Positions 1 to 9,933 of a stretch of 50,623 nucleotides of DNA are shown one piece after another (the stretch's first letter is position 1; every line of letters begins with the position of its first letter). Origin of the DNA: Callorhinchus milii. Its lineage: Eukaryota. A program made the position numbers and the translations under genes. The stretch covers positions 1-50,623 of the forward strand of contig NW_024705374.1 in NCBI RefSeq assembly GCF_018977255.1. The letters run 5' to 3'. Under the pieces are notes generated by a model, which was not told the DNA's origin, did no database searches, and saw only the letters and a list, made by a program, of their open reading frames with translations.

Positions 1-842
1 AGTATAATACTACGTTGTGGTATACATAATATGTACGTGAATGATAACTACCGTGTGTAGTAAAGACAGTAAGTAGTTATATACTAGTTATAATAACACT
101 AGTGTGGTAGTAACAGTAGTTATACTAGTTATAACACTACGGTGTGGTAGTAACAGTAGTAGTTATACTAGTTATAACACTACAGTGTGGTAGTAACAGT
201 AGTAGTTATACTAGTTATAATAACACTAGTGTGGTAGTAACAGTAGTAGTTATACTAGTTATAATACTACTATGGTGTGGTAGTAACAGTAAGTTATACT
301 AGTTATAATAACACTACGGTGTGGTAGTAACAATAGTAGTTGTACTAGTTATATACTACTAGTGTGGTAGTAACAGTAGTAGTTATACTAGTTATAATAA
401 CACTACAGTGTGGTAGTAACAGTAGTAGTTATACTAGTTATAACTACTACGGTGTGGTAGTAACAGTAGTATACTAGTTTTACTATTACGGAGTGGTAGT
501 AACAGTAAGAGTTATACTAGTTATATAACACTATAGTGTGGTAGTAACAGTAGTATACTAGTTATACTACGGAGTGGTAGTAACAGTAAGAGTTATACTA
601 GTTATAATAACACTACGGTGTGGTAGTAACAGTAAGAGTTATACTAGTTATAACACTACAGTGTGGTAGTAACAGTAGTAGTTATACTACTACGGAGTGG
701 TAGTAACAGTAGAGTTATACTAGTTATAATAACACTACGATGTGGTAGTAACAGTAGTAGTTATACTAGTTATACTACTACGGTGAGTAACAGTAAGAGT
801 TATACTAGTTATAATAACACTACGGTGTGGTAGCAACAGTAG
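1..842. repeat. AT-rich tandem satellite, ~40-46 bp unit (GGTGTGGTAGTAACAGTAGTAGTTATACTAGTTATAATAACACTAC)
   Basis: Unit visibly repeated head to tail from the window start to ~842 with small indels; most units contain ACTAGT. Confidence 0.95.
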
Positions 843-864
843 ATACAGACAGGCCACCCACCAC

Positions 865-1063
865 TAGCGCTGTCAACCCACACGGTTTCCCCGTATTCTC
901 GTGCAGGGAAATTTAGTTTCCAAGTCCACGCGGTGCGTACAGCCGTTTCAATACGGGCAACAGAAATGTGCCTATTTGTTTGTGTTTCTCCCATTTGATG
1001 GGATTTTGTAGGTCCCAATTGGCCTGTGTTAAGGTCGGGTACTGCTACGGGTTGACAGCTCTG
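865..1063. mobile_element. Small non-autonomous DNA transposon (MITE-like) with imperfect ~15 bp TIRs
   Basis: TAGCGCTGTCAACCC at 865-879 and GGGTTGACAGCTCTG at 1049-1063 are inverted. A diverged copy of the left ~95 bp lies at ~1764-1858. No clear TSD. Confidence 0.5.
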
Positions 1064-1589
1064 TCCAGACACTCCCACCGATTGCGTTAAAGGCGAAATT
1101 TGACTGCGACCGCGGGGCCACGGAGCGCAGAGTTCGTCTCCTGCTCAGCAGCCGTCCGCGTCTCTGGGGAGGAGGTTTGGAGCGCCGCGTTCCCGCAGCA
1201 GCCAAAGTCGTGAAGTTATTTCCCCTCTGGAGGAGGGGGACGATGCCAACCCAAGCTGCTAGCGATGTTGATATCCCTGCCTGCGGCGAGTAGAGACTCG
1301 GCCACTGCGGGTTGGAGCAGGGTCCTGGGCAGGCGGACATCACCGCAGTGGATGAACGAATCACTGGAGGTGTGACGAAGAGCTTCACGGCTCATCGGAT
1401 TCCTCCAGTATGGATACAGATCCCGAACCCTGACACAGACTCACACGCAGAGAGAGAGGCAGACAGAGAGGAGTCGTGAGGCTGTGGATTTATCGTGCTG
1501 ACAGAGGCGAGGGAGTCGTTCTCACCGCCGTCTCCTCAGGGCTCCCCCTCATCGCCTTCTCCTCCTCCCTCTCCCCTCCGTGGTTGCGA

Positions 1590-1712
1590 ATTTCCCGCCC
1601 TTCTCCCCCACGAACTCCCGCGTAGCGTGACGTCAATCGTTCACCGATGATGTCATGTATCCCGTGACGTCATTTGTAATTTGAAGCAAGACGAGCGCGG
1701 AACGTGACATCA
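1590..1712. promoter_or_regulatory. CpG-rich putative promoter with clustered CRE/ATF-like sites and an E2F-like site
   Basis: TGACGTCA at 1628-1635 and 1665-1672, TGATGTCA 1648-1655, TGACATCA 1705-1712, TTTCCCGC 1591-1598, all in CpG-rich sequence. Confidence 0.35.
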
Positions 1713-2151
1713 TACAACGCCACAAAACAAATACCAACTGAGAGGATGTCTCAGCCATCCCGTAGCTGTCAACCCATCACGGTTCACTCCGTATTCGTGC
1801 GCAGGGAAATTGAATGTTCAGGTCCATACGGCGTACAGCCGTTTCATTGCGGGCAACAACAACAAAACCAATCATACCGCCAAATAGAAAAAAGTCGTGG
1901 GATAACTTTTTTGGTTTTACTCTGGAGAGGAGTGATCCCCGTATGTGCATCCACATATCAAGCAAGCAGCAACATCAGTTTGCAAGATCACAGACAGCAG
2001 CATAATAAATAGCATCATTGACACCAATGATCAAAATTAATACGTAAAACTGTTTTTAAACTTGATTCGTAGCTTTCGTGACTGCAGGAATTACTCATTG
2101 GTTCTTTCGGTAAAGTCACGTAGAAAGAGAAAATAATAAATTAAATAATAG

Positions 2152-2196
2152 CATACGACGTTTCCATTGCAACACAAGCAATCCTCATCAGGTACA
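2152..2196 (-). ncRNA. Minimal type I hammerhead ribozyme (degenerate copy)
   Basis: Minus strand GTAC-CTGATGA-G-GATTGC-TTGTGTT-GCAATG-GAAACGTC-GTAT; the closing pair of stem II is mutated. Confidence 0.6.
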
Positions 2197-2948
2197 AATG
2201 AAAGAGAAAACAAACCTAGTAAACTTAGAAATATAATGCAATACAACACATGTTAGCCGACTCTCTGTGTTGTATTGCATTATATTTCGAAATTTTGCTA
2301 GGTTTATTTGATTTAGTGTACTTTCTCTGTCTCCACTCGTTTTGTCGTTCTTATGTTCTGCTCTCTCTGTGTGTCTTGGCTGCTGTTCCTCTCCCTCTCT
2401 GATTTTTGTCTGCTCTTCGTGTTTGTGTCTGGTCTCTCTTTAAAAATTTCACACTTAACTTCTAACTTAGCAATCTTTGAAAAACGTAATCAACCAGGCT
2501 ATGCGTTAATTGTGTGTTGACCGACTCTCTGTGTTGCATTACATTACATTTCGAAATTTTGCTAGGTTATTTAATTCAGTGTGTCTCTCCCTGTCTCCTA
2601 ATTTTTCAAGCTTTTGCACCGTGACCACCGTGCCACTCATTGACATGCTAATTTCTCTAACCCCTCCCTCTCTCTCCGCCCCGCCCCCTCTCTCTATTTA
2701 AGGCCTCGACACAGAGGCGTGGTTTCTCTGTGTGCCTATGTTTGTCTCTCTCTATGTATCTCTGTGATATCTGTCTGCTTATATGTCTGTCTATATGTCT
2801 CTGGTTCTGTGTTTTATCTCTCTCTCAAATTTAGCATTCTCAGGAAGAACGTAATCAACCAGGTAGGGTGTTGACTGTTATGTTATCCGACTCTCTGTTG
2901 TATTACATTACATTTCTAAGTATACTAGATTTGTGTTTCTATTTCATT

Positions 2949-2993
2949 TATACCTGATGATGATTGCTTGTGTTGCAATCGAAACGTCGTATG
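2949..2993 (+). ncRNA. Minimal type I hammerhead ribozyme (Penelope-type)
   Basis: TATAC-CTGATGA-T-GATTGC-TTGTGTT-GCAATC-GAAACGTC-GTATG: CUGAUGA and GAAA cores, 6-bp stem II, stem I TATAC/GTATG, GUC cleavage triplet. Confidence 0.8.
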
Positions 2994-3089
2994 CTAGTAT
3001 TTAATTTATTATTTTCTCTTTATACGTGACTTTACCGAAAGAACCAAAGAGGAAACTGCTAATTTGGTATTCAATAATAAAAAAAAAAT

Positions 3090-3465
3090 CATCAACGGGG
3101 ACAAAATTGAGATAGATCGGTAGTTATTTGGATCATCTTTAGGGCCCCATTTGTGAAGTGGACGTTTCCATTCTAGAGGTACTGATGCTTTTTTTTATGG
3201 ACAGGTTGAAAATATGGGCTATAGGTTTGTATATTAGGTGACCAACAGTTAGCAGAGCAAAGACGGGAATACTATCCGCTCCGGTAGAGGAGGACCCTTT
3301 GAGGTAGGACAGTTGTTTCAGAACATTACTTTCGTGGATAGGCTGGAAACTAAATTATTTTAATGTTTGGACAGGGGTGTAAGAAATTGCATGAGCAGGG
3401 GTGACTGAAAAATTAAGGTTAAAATTGTCGACTATTTTTTGGGGCTTTGAAAAATAGTTCCCATT
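3090..3465 (-). mobile_element. L2/CR1-group LINE fragment (region upstream of and into the RT domain)
   Basis: Minus strand translates to FSFQPIHESNVLKQLSYLKGSSSTGADSIP...KPIAHIFNLSI and DDPNNYRSISIL, typical CR1/L2 ORF2 motifs. Confidence 0.75.
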
Positions 3466-3469
3466 TCGG

Positions 3470-4874
3470 TTAAGCGCAACGGGCAGGACTGAGGCAACCC
3501 ACCATCGACGGCAGAGTCCTAATTCCAAAGAACACAGGATGAGATGTTACTATCCTTTGTGCAAGCACTTCCAAGAGTTCATGAACAGTGAGCCTGGTGA
3601 AATTTGGGGAGCGCATCGTCAGTAGTGACCCTTTGGTTCCTAGAGTGTTTCGGCCTTTCATACTATACACCCTCCCCAAAGGCGGCCAGCGACAGGGTGA
3701 TCAATCCTACGCTTGCGTCCCATTCCCAATTAGTCATTGGAGTTGCCTTGTTGTTGGTAGCCAACATCCCATGGGACTATGCATGGCAGGGGCGTCCTCC
3801 TCCCTGAGTCAAGCATTGTTGACTACATACCTCCTGGCCCTCTCACTTTGGGGCCCAGCTGGGGTCTTTCCTCTTCATCCAGAGCCACTGACTGCTGCCT
3901 TCTGCCGCCTCCGATACAGCTTTGATTGCCGAACGCTGGCTCTGGCCCTTAATTCCCAGGTCTCTAAGCAGTCTGGTTGTAGATGTTGCCACAAAACCTC
4001 TGCAGCCCACCTCCACTGGTCGGACTTCTGTGTTCCAGCCATGATGCCGTGCTTCGGCAGCTAGATCGGCATAGCGCAGATGTTTTCACTCATAAGCCTC
4101 ATCTACTGAGTCCTCCCAGGGTACTGTGAGCTCAATGATGAAGACCTTCTTGAGCGAACGGGACCAGAGCACCATGTCAGGTCTTAGGGTGGTGGTTGCG
4201 ATCTCCGGAGGAAACACAAGTTGCCGGCCAATGTCAGCTAGCATTTTCCAGTCGCGGGCCAAGCGCAGCTGGTCTCGCTCTATTGGTGTAGAGCCGCTCT
4301 TCGGTGGTTTAGCCCCTTCGCGGACAAAGGTCGTCCGTAAGGGGTGTGATGCTGCTGGGGGTGGTAGGGAGTTGGTGGCAGCTCGCTTGTCCTCCAGGGC
4401 GGACGCAAGGTTTTTAAGGACTTGGTTGTGACGCCAAGTGTAGCGTCCTTGGGTGAGGCTTGTTTTACACCCTGTGAGAATGTGCCTGAGGTTGGCTGGC
4501 ATGGAACAGAGGGCACAGTCCGGATCTTCACCATACCATTGGTGAAGATTAACTGGTGTTGGAAGGATGTCATATGTTGCTCTGATGGAAAAGCTCAACC
4601 GCCTCGCTTCCATGGCCCACAGATCCTTCCAGCTGATCTTCCTCTTCTCCACACTGTCCCATCGAGTCCACTGTCCTTGTTTGGCAAGAGAGACTGCCTT
4701 GGCCCACCTTGCAACCTCCTCCTGATGGCGTACTTCCTGCACTACCATCTTCCGCCGCTCTGGTGCAGTGGCCTTACTCCAAGCAGCACGGCTAGTTAGC
4801 CCAAGGCCTCCTCTCCCTTGCTGAACATGACCCACAATGTCAGCATGTCTGAGGGCTGCTGTTGCCTCCTGGAC
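3470..4874 (-). mobile_element. 5'-truncated restriction-like-endonuclease non-LTR retrotransposon (HERO-like), C-terminus plus 3' UTR
   Basis: ORF 4086-4835 has a CCHC knuckle (CALC...HILTGC), RH and PD..E nuclease motifs (RPDMVLWS...IELTVPWE). After one in-frame TGA the frame continues KHLRYADL...PVEVGCRGFV...WLWMKRKDPSWAPK* to 3843. Confidence 0.85.
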
Positions 4875-5035
4875 TCGGAAACGATGGTGGCGGATGCCCC
4901 GTATCTATGAGCACCCGCACTTCAACACCCTGCACAAATCCACATACCGCGGGTGATCCTGCTCCCACTGCCATGACACGGTGTGCCAATGTGGTCCATT
5001 GTCTGAACCCCCGCGGTCAACCATCACTCACCGAA
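4875..5035 (-). mobile_element. Gypsy protease fragment
   Basis: Minus strand reads GFVQGVEVRVLIDTG(A)SATIVS with one frameshift, matching the VDTGASATIIS protease motif of the element at ~13700. Confidence 0.6.
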
Positions 5036-5771
5036 GCACTATCTTCGTACCCCGTATCACTATGAAGCTTGACTCAATTTATTAATCGGCCTTAAAAATA
5101 GCATTTAACTGCCGATATAGGACCCACCACTGCGATCTCTACATTGGGTCAAACCTAACTTCTCTTAATGATCGACGGCTTGTGCATCAGATCTTATTTA
5201 TTCACGATGTACTTACAAAAAAATTAGCAGGCTACCTGCTGGATCTCCTCACTGTTTCGAAGAACAAATGTGACCTAAGATCTTCGCTCATTTACCAGCT
5301 TCACATACCTTATTGCCGTACAAATACTGGAGGAAGGGCCTTTTCTATCGATGCCCCAGGGTCTGGAATGCTATCGTCAATAAACTGCAACTTGGATCAC
5401 TACCTGTGAGATCTCACTAAAACTGCTTTAGAGGAGTTGTACACCCCTAACTGCCACTGCTATTCAGAATGGCCTGAAATCAAATGTATCGTTCCGGATG
5501 ACCGCCGCAAAGTATGATCTTGAGTTTTGATTATAGTGTGCTGATCTTTAAAGGTGTATTGAATTGTTTTTATTCTGCTACTGATACTCCTGCTGTTATG
5601 GAGTGACTCATGCAGCCAGCTATGGCCGCAAAGATTGGTCGTACATGTTATGTATATCGTTTATTTTTCGATTTAAAGCTTTCGTGACTGCCGGGTATTC
5701 ATATTCTTGGTTCTTTCGGTAAAGTCACGTAGAAGGGAAATAATAAAAATATAAAAATAAAACAACTTAAT

Positions 5772-5819
5772 TCTCACGACGTTTCGATTGCAACACAAGC
5801 AATCATCATCAGGTGTGAA
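5772..5819 (-). ncRNA. Minimal hammerhead ribozyme (Penelope-type)
   Basis: Minus strand CAC-CTGATGA-T-GATTGC-TTGTGTT-GCAATC-GAAACGTC-GTG. Confidence 0.75.
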
Positions 5820-6257
5820 ACCCACAGCAAGAAAATTTGAAAAAAGTCGCGTTTTCTTTTCTTAACGTTAGCACCACGGACAGCAACTGACGGACGAGTC
5901 GATCTATGCTCAGAACGGAGGAGGGGGGAGGAGAGAAAGAGAATGGAATGCTGTCTGAAAGTCACCGTAAGCGTGAACACAATCAATTAAGGCCCGAAAT
6001 GGTTTATCAAATCCTTCCAATGATTGCTAAGCCAGAATCCATCTTCTCGGTTGAAATTGTCTCTATGTTTGTATATGTATATGTGGATAGCCTCATTAAC
6101 GAATCTCTCATGGTAGCCAGATGGCTTGCAAAGAACCTGTCTTGGAGAAGTCAATGTCATGTGAGCCCACTGAATTATAACAGTGGTCTGTCACGGCTGT
6201 CCGTGGTGCTAACGTTAAGAAAAAAATGCCACTTTTTTCAATTTTCCTGCTGTGGTT

Positions 6258-6305
6258 TTCACACCTGATGATGATTGCTTATGTTGCAATCGAAACGTCG
6301 TGAGG
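6258..6305 (+). ncRNA. Minimal hammerhead ribozyme (Penelope-type)
   Basis: CAC-CTGATGA-T-GATTGC-TTATGTT-GCAATC-GAAACGTC-GTG. Confidence 0.75.
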
Positions 6306-6749
6306 ATTTAATTGTTTTATTTTTTATTATTTTATTATTTCCCTTCTACGTGACTTTACCGAAAGAACCGATAATATCTCGTTTATTGTTAAATTTGAAT
6401 CAGTTCCTATGGTCACTGTTACATTGTTGTTATAGCTTTATTTTGGTGATTTTGAAAACGTTTTGGTTTAGCCATGTTTGTTTTTGTAGTACAGAGTTAG
6501 CCTGATAACTTTGATGTACATTGTCTTATGGTTGTTATTGTTTGACTTGCATCCCACTGGGATTTTTGCACACAGCGTTGAAATACGGTGTTTTTTCTGA
6601 AAGACTTTGCTGTTTTTTCATGGATTTTTCTGTTGCGTGTATTCACTTTATGATGTTTCTTGTTCATGTTTTTGTTTTGTTGCGGTTGCACCCGAGTCAA
6701 GAGCCGCATGGCTCACAGGGTTATACCAAATAAATGAAACTGAAACTAT

Positions 6750-7780
6750 TAGAGGCGATGGCGTGTGCACCCGACACCAACTGCAATGGGGATGCATGAG
6801 GTGGCTGTGTCGGCGGAGTGTGTGATGTATCGCGACCTGCTTTTCGACCCAGAGGATGGAGGCCGGCAGGGCAGAGGACGGCGAAGCCGGGAAAAAGTGG
6901 CCCAAATCAGCACGGCAGCCCCTGGAGATGCGGCCCGGAAGGCCACACCTAAAGCAGGTAATGGGGCCCCGCCATGGCGGAGGCAAGGTCGCCCCCCCCC
7001 CCCGCTCGTCCCGTCATCGTCCTGCTCCGACACTCTCCCGCTGGTTATAACCACCCGATGCACAGAGCCAAGGAGACTCTTGATGCTCCTGGTTGCCCTC
7101 TTCTCCCGGAAATCCAGCCCCGACCGCCACCCGGCACGTTGCCGCAAGTTACAGTGGGCCTGGATGCATCGGGCTACCTGAATTGAGGACAGGCCGTCTT
7201 CCTCTGTGGCCGGAAAAAAAACGTTAATTTCCTGAGCCAGCACCAACAGATTCTCTAGCACCAGATAATCCAGTCCTGCACGCTCCATCCTTGGTACGCA
7301 TCCTGGGCCAGCGACAGTAGTGTGCTGCGGAAGGCGAGGGGTATTTCTGTCTCCCCCCGACTCCGCATCACGAATTTCCTCCGCGCGTTGGATGGCAAGT
7401 CAAAAATTGCCACCAACTCGGCGTACGCTTGACGCAGTATCGTTCTGTTCACCTTGGGAATGGAAAAAAAATGCCGCCAAGGCTGCGTTGTCCAGCGCGG
7501 TGGGAAGAATACGTAGCGCCTCCGCATCGGACCACCCCGCGAGCTTGCAAGTGGCGGCGAACCGCCACTGTGCGAGGGAAGGCGCCCCTGGACGAGCCGT
7601 CAGCGGCAGGTTAATTTTGGTGGGACCTTGGTTGGCAGTGACGGCGGAGTCGCCCGTTCGCTTCCCCCGATTGGCAGCCCCCTCCACCGGCTCTTCCTGG
7701 TAGAATAGGCTGCTACCCCTAATTTAATTGTCTACCAATCTCCCGGCACACGCTACAGTGACTCATTCAATGTCACTACA
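6750..7780 (-). mobile_element. Degenerate Gypsy gag fragment with LTR remnant
   Basis: Minus frames give WSDAEALRILPTALDNAAL, LENLLVLAQEI and a zinc knuckle CFRCGLPGRISRGC, similar to the gag at 13800-14800. Ends ...TCACTACA at 7780. Confidence 0.7.
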
Positions 7781-7784
7781 CATG

Positions 7785-8299
7785 TGTAATAAAGGTCGTG
7801 GAAGCGACTTCTGGAATCAGGGTCTTTACTTGTCTTCAGTTCACAACTCTCTTCATATAAATTCCATTCCTGTCTTACTTTTTCACGCTGTTAACAGACA
7901 GCGTGAGGGAGAGAGAGACTCTTGCTGCCACGTGGCAAGCCTGGACCCCCGCTCCTGCGTGGCCTCACCCTTCGTTCGTTCCAGATCTGACCACGTGTTG
8001 CCCGTCTCCACCCCTTTTAATACCCGGGTCACGTGGTACCTTTCCACCAGTCCTAGTTAACCTCCATGGAATCTTCCAGATTCCATCATACGATCCCAGG
8101 ACCACGCCCCTGACTCGTCCCCCCATTGGCTGTGGCTAAAGCCAGCAGATCCAATCATCTCCTCCCAGATGTCACCTTCCCATTACATCAGAGCCACGCC
8201 CCTAGACCTCTCCCCATTGGCTATGGGCCAGGACCGGTAGAGCCAATCATCATAACGAGGTGTGATCAATCAACCACCCGGATATACCCTCACATTACA
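7785..8299 (-). mobile_element. Solo LTR related to the 9225-15821 Gypsy family
   Basis: TGTAAT...ATTACA termini, TSD CATG (7781-7784 / 8300-8303), alignable to LTR 9225-9707. Confidence 0.9.
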
Positions 8300-8729
8300 C
8301 ATGCATGGATGATTCGTTGGACGTGCTGTCGGGTGCTAGTTTTTTTTAACATTAGTCTTGCTGTCGGGATTTTGGAAATGACCCTTGGATGAGCGGTCTA
8401 AACCAAAAACTGAATTTCTTACGCCTCGTGGACTGTATCAGTTCAATTGTCTCCCGATGGGGTTACATTCGGTGCTTGCCACGTTCCAGAGGCTCATGGA
8501 GTTGGTTCTAGCAGGATTGCAATGGGACTCGTGCCTCATTTATTTGGATGATGTGATCGTGTTCGGTCGTACGTTCGAGGAGCATTTGCAACGGTTGCGT
8601 ACGGTGTCATCCAGGGTACGTTCTGGTTATTTGAAATTGAAACCCGCTAAATGTATCTTCTTGGTTCTTTCGGTAAAGTCACGTAGAAGGGAAGTAATAA
8701 AATAATAAAAATAAAACATAATAAAACAA

Positions 8730-8777
8730 TTCTCACGACGTTTCGGCCACAACGCAAGCAGCCGTCCTCAGGTGAAA
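8730..8777 (-). ncRNA. Minimal hammerhead ribozyme (Penelope-type, variant stem II)
   Basis: Reverse complement of the 8852-8900 copy. Confidence 0.75.
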
Positions 8778-8851
8778 CCAGGTCCGTCGAGGCGACAGAG
8801 TCTGAATGAAACAGCACATTCATTCAGACTATGTCGCCTCGACGGACCTGG

Positions 8852-8900
8852 TTTTCACCTGAGGACGGCTGCTTGCGTTGTGGCCGAAACGTCGTGAGAA
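8852..8900 (+). ncRNA. Minimal hammerhead ribozyme (Penelope-type, variant stem II)
   Basis: TTTTCAC-CTGAGGA-C-GGCTGC-TTGCGTT-GTGGCC-GAAACGTC-GTGAGAA: 7-bp stem I, stem II GGCUGC/GUGGCC. Confidence 0.8.
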
Positions 8901-9224
8901 TTGTTTTATTATGTTTTATTTTTATTATTTTATTACTTCCCTTCTACGTGACTTTACCGAAAGAACCAAGAAGATGAATCCCTGCAGTCACGAAAGCTTT
9001 AAATCGAAATTTAACCGCTAAATGTAATCTATTTCAAACCTCGGTACGGTACTTGGGGCACATTGTGAGCAGTTCCGTAACAGCTATGGACCCTGACAAA
9101 ATGGTGTGTGTGCGGGATTGGCCAACCCCAAAGTCTGTGGGTGAAGAGCGCAGTTTTGTCGGGTTTGCATCCTATTACTGACGGTTCATTCCACGTTTTG
9201 CGACCATTGCAAAGCCCTTGCATG

Positions 9225-9707
9225 TGTAATAAAGCTCGTTGAGGCGACTTCTGGAATTCGTCTTTTATTCAACTTATCTTACAGTTACTTCACGCTGCTG
9301 ATAGGCAGCGTGAAGGGACAGATATAGAGAGAGAGACGCACTGCCACGTGGCAACTCGGAGCCCCGCTCCCGCGTGGCCCCCCCTCTGTTCGTTCCCGTT
9401 CTGACCACGTGTCGTTCGTCTCCACCCCTATTTAATACCCGGGTCACGTGGTACGTTTCCGCCAATCCTCGTTAGCCTGCATGGAATCTTCCAGGCTCCC
9501 TCGTCAGCTCCCGGGACCACGCCCCTGACTCATCTCCCCATTGGCTGTGGCCAAAGCCAGCAGAACCAATCCTATAGCTGTCACCTTTCCATCACGTCAG
9601 GGCCATGCCCCAGGCTTCCCCCCATTGGCTGTAAACCAGGACCGGCAGAGCCAATCACCATGACGAGTTGTGATACGTCAGTGAGCCGGATATATCCTCA
9701 TATTACA
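9225..9707 (-). repeat. 3' LTR of the Gypsy element
   Basis: TGTAAT...ATTACA, adjacent to the polypurine tract on the minus strand. Confidence 0.93.
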
Positions 9708-9933
9708 TCACCCCCCCCCCCCCCCGGTGTAAAAAGTCAGCCGTCTCGGCTGGGAAAAGGGTGACAAGCCGAATCCAATTTAGATAATATTAGGGCGTCT
9801 GAGACGCATTAACAAGGTAAGGGGGGAGTAGGCGTCTACGCGCCGAGGAATTCAAAACATTAACAACAGACATACATTAGGGCGCCCCTGTAGCGCAGTA
9901 ACAACAGGGTAACAGACCGCAAGGCAATCATTA

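Larger units (their letters stand above)
2053..3052 (-). mobile_element. Penelope-like element remnant with inverted pseudo-LTRs (fold-back)
   Basis: ~2095-2240 is the reverse complement of ~2900-3050 and both arms contain a hammerhead core. The left end has the extra tail (minus strand CAGTCACGAAAGC). Possible TSD AAACTG (2047-2052 / 3053-3058). Confidence 0.8.
5666..6378 (-). mobile_element. 5'-truncated Penelope-like element: GIY-YIG endonuclease C-terminus, 3' pLTR and inverted 5' pLTR copy
   Basis: Minus strand ~6175-5987 encodes HDIDFSKT..VLCKPSGYHERFVNEAIHI..KHRDNFNREDGFWLSNHW (one frameshift), the PLE endonuclease tail. Arms ~5700-5890 and ~6190-6378 are inverted. TSD TCGTTTATT at 5657-5665 / 6379-6387. 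Confidence 0.85.
5040..6747 (+). mobile_element. L2-like LINE 3' end (ORF2 C-terminus plus 3' UTR), interrupted by a Penelope-like insertion
   Basis: RTHHCDLY...RR...YLLDLL...LRS...RTNTGGRAFS motifs at ~5100-5370. The 3' UTR ends CCAAATAAATGAAACTGAAACT, and the same UTR recurs at ~41235-41780. Confidence 0.75.
8656..9014 (+). mobile_element. Fold-back Penelope-derived mini-element (near-perfect palindrome plus tail)
   Basis: Arms ~8655-8810 and ~8819-8975 are almost exact reverse complements around an 8-nt loop, followed by a ~39-nt tail. 12-bp TSD CCGCTAAATGTA at 8644-8655 / 9015-9026. Confidence 0.9.
8304..9224 (+). mobile_element. Older Gypsy RT fragment, part 1 (interrupted twice)
   Basis: KTEFLTPRGLYQFNCLPMGL...YLDDVIVF...LKLKPAKC; resumes after the 8656-9014 insertion as NLFQTSVRYLGHIVS...AKPLH. 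Confidence 0.85.

Noticed and set aside
1..842. CRISPR-like appearance of regularly spaced palindromic repeats
   Set aside because: There are no unique spacers and no cas genes, and the context is eukaryotic; it is a head-to-tail satellite.
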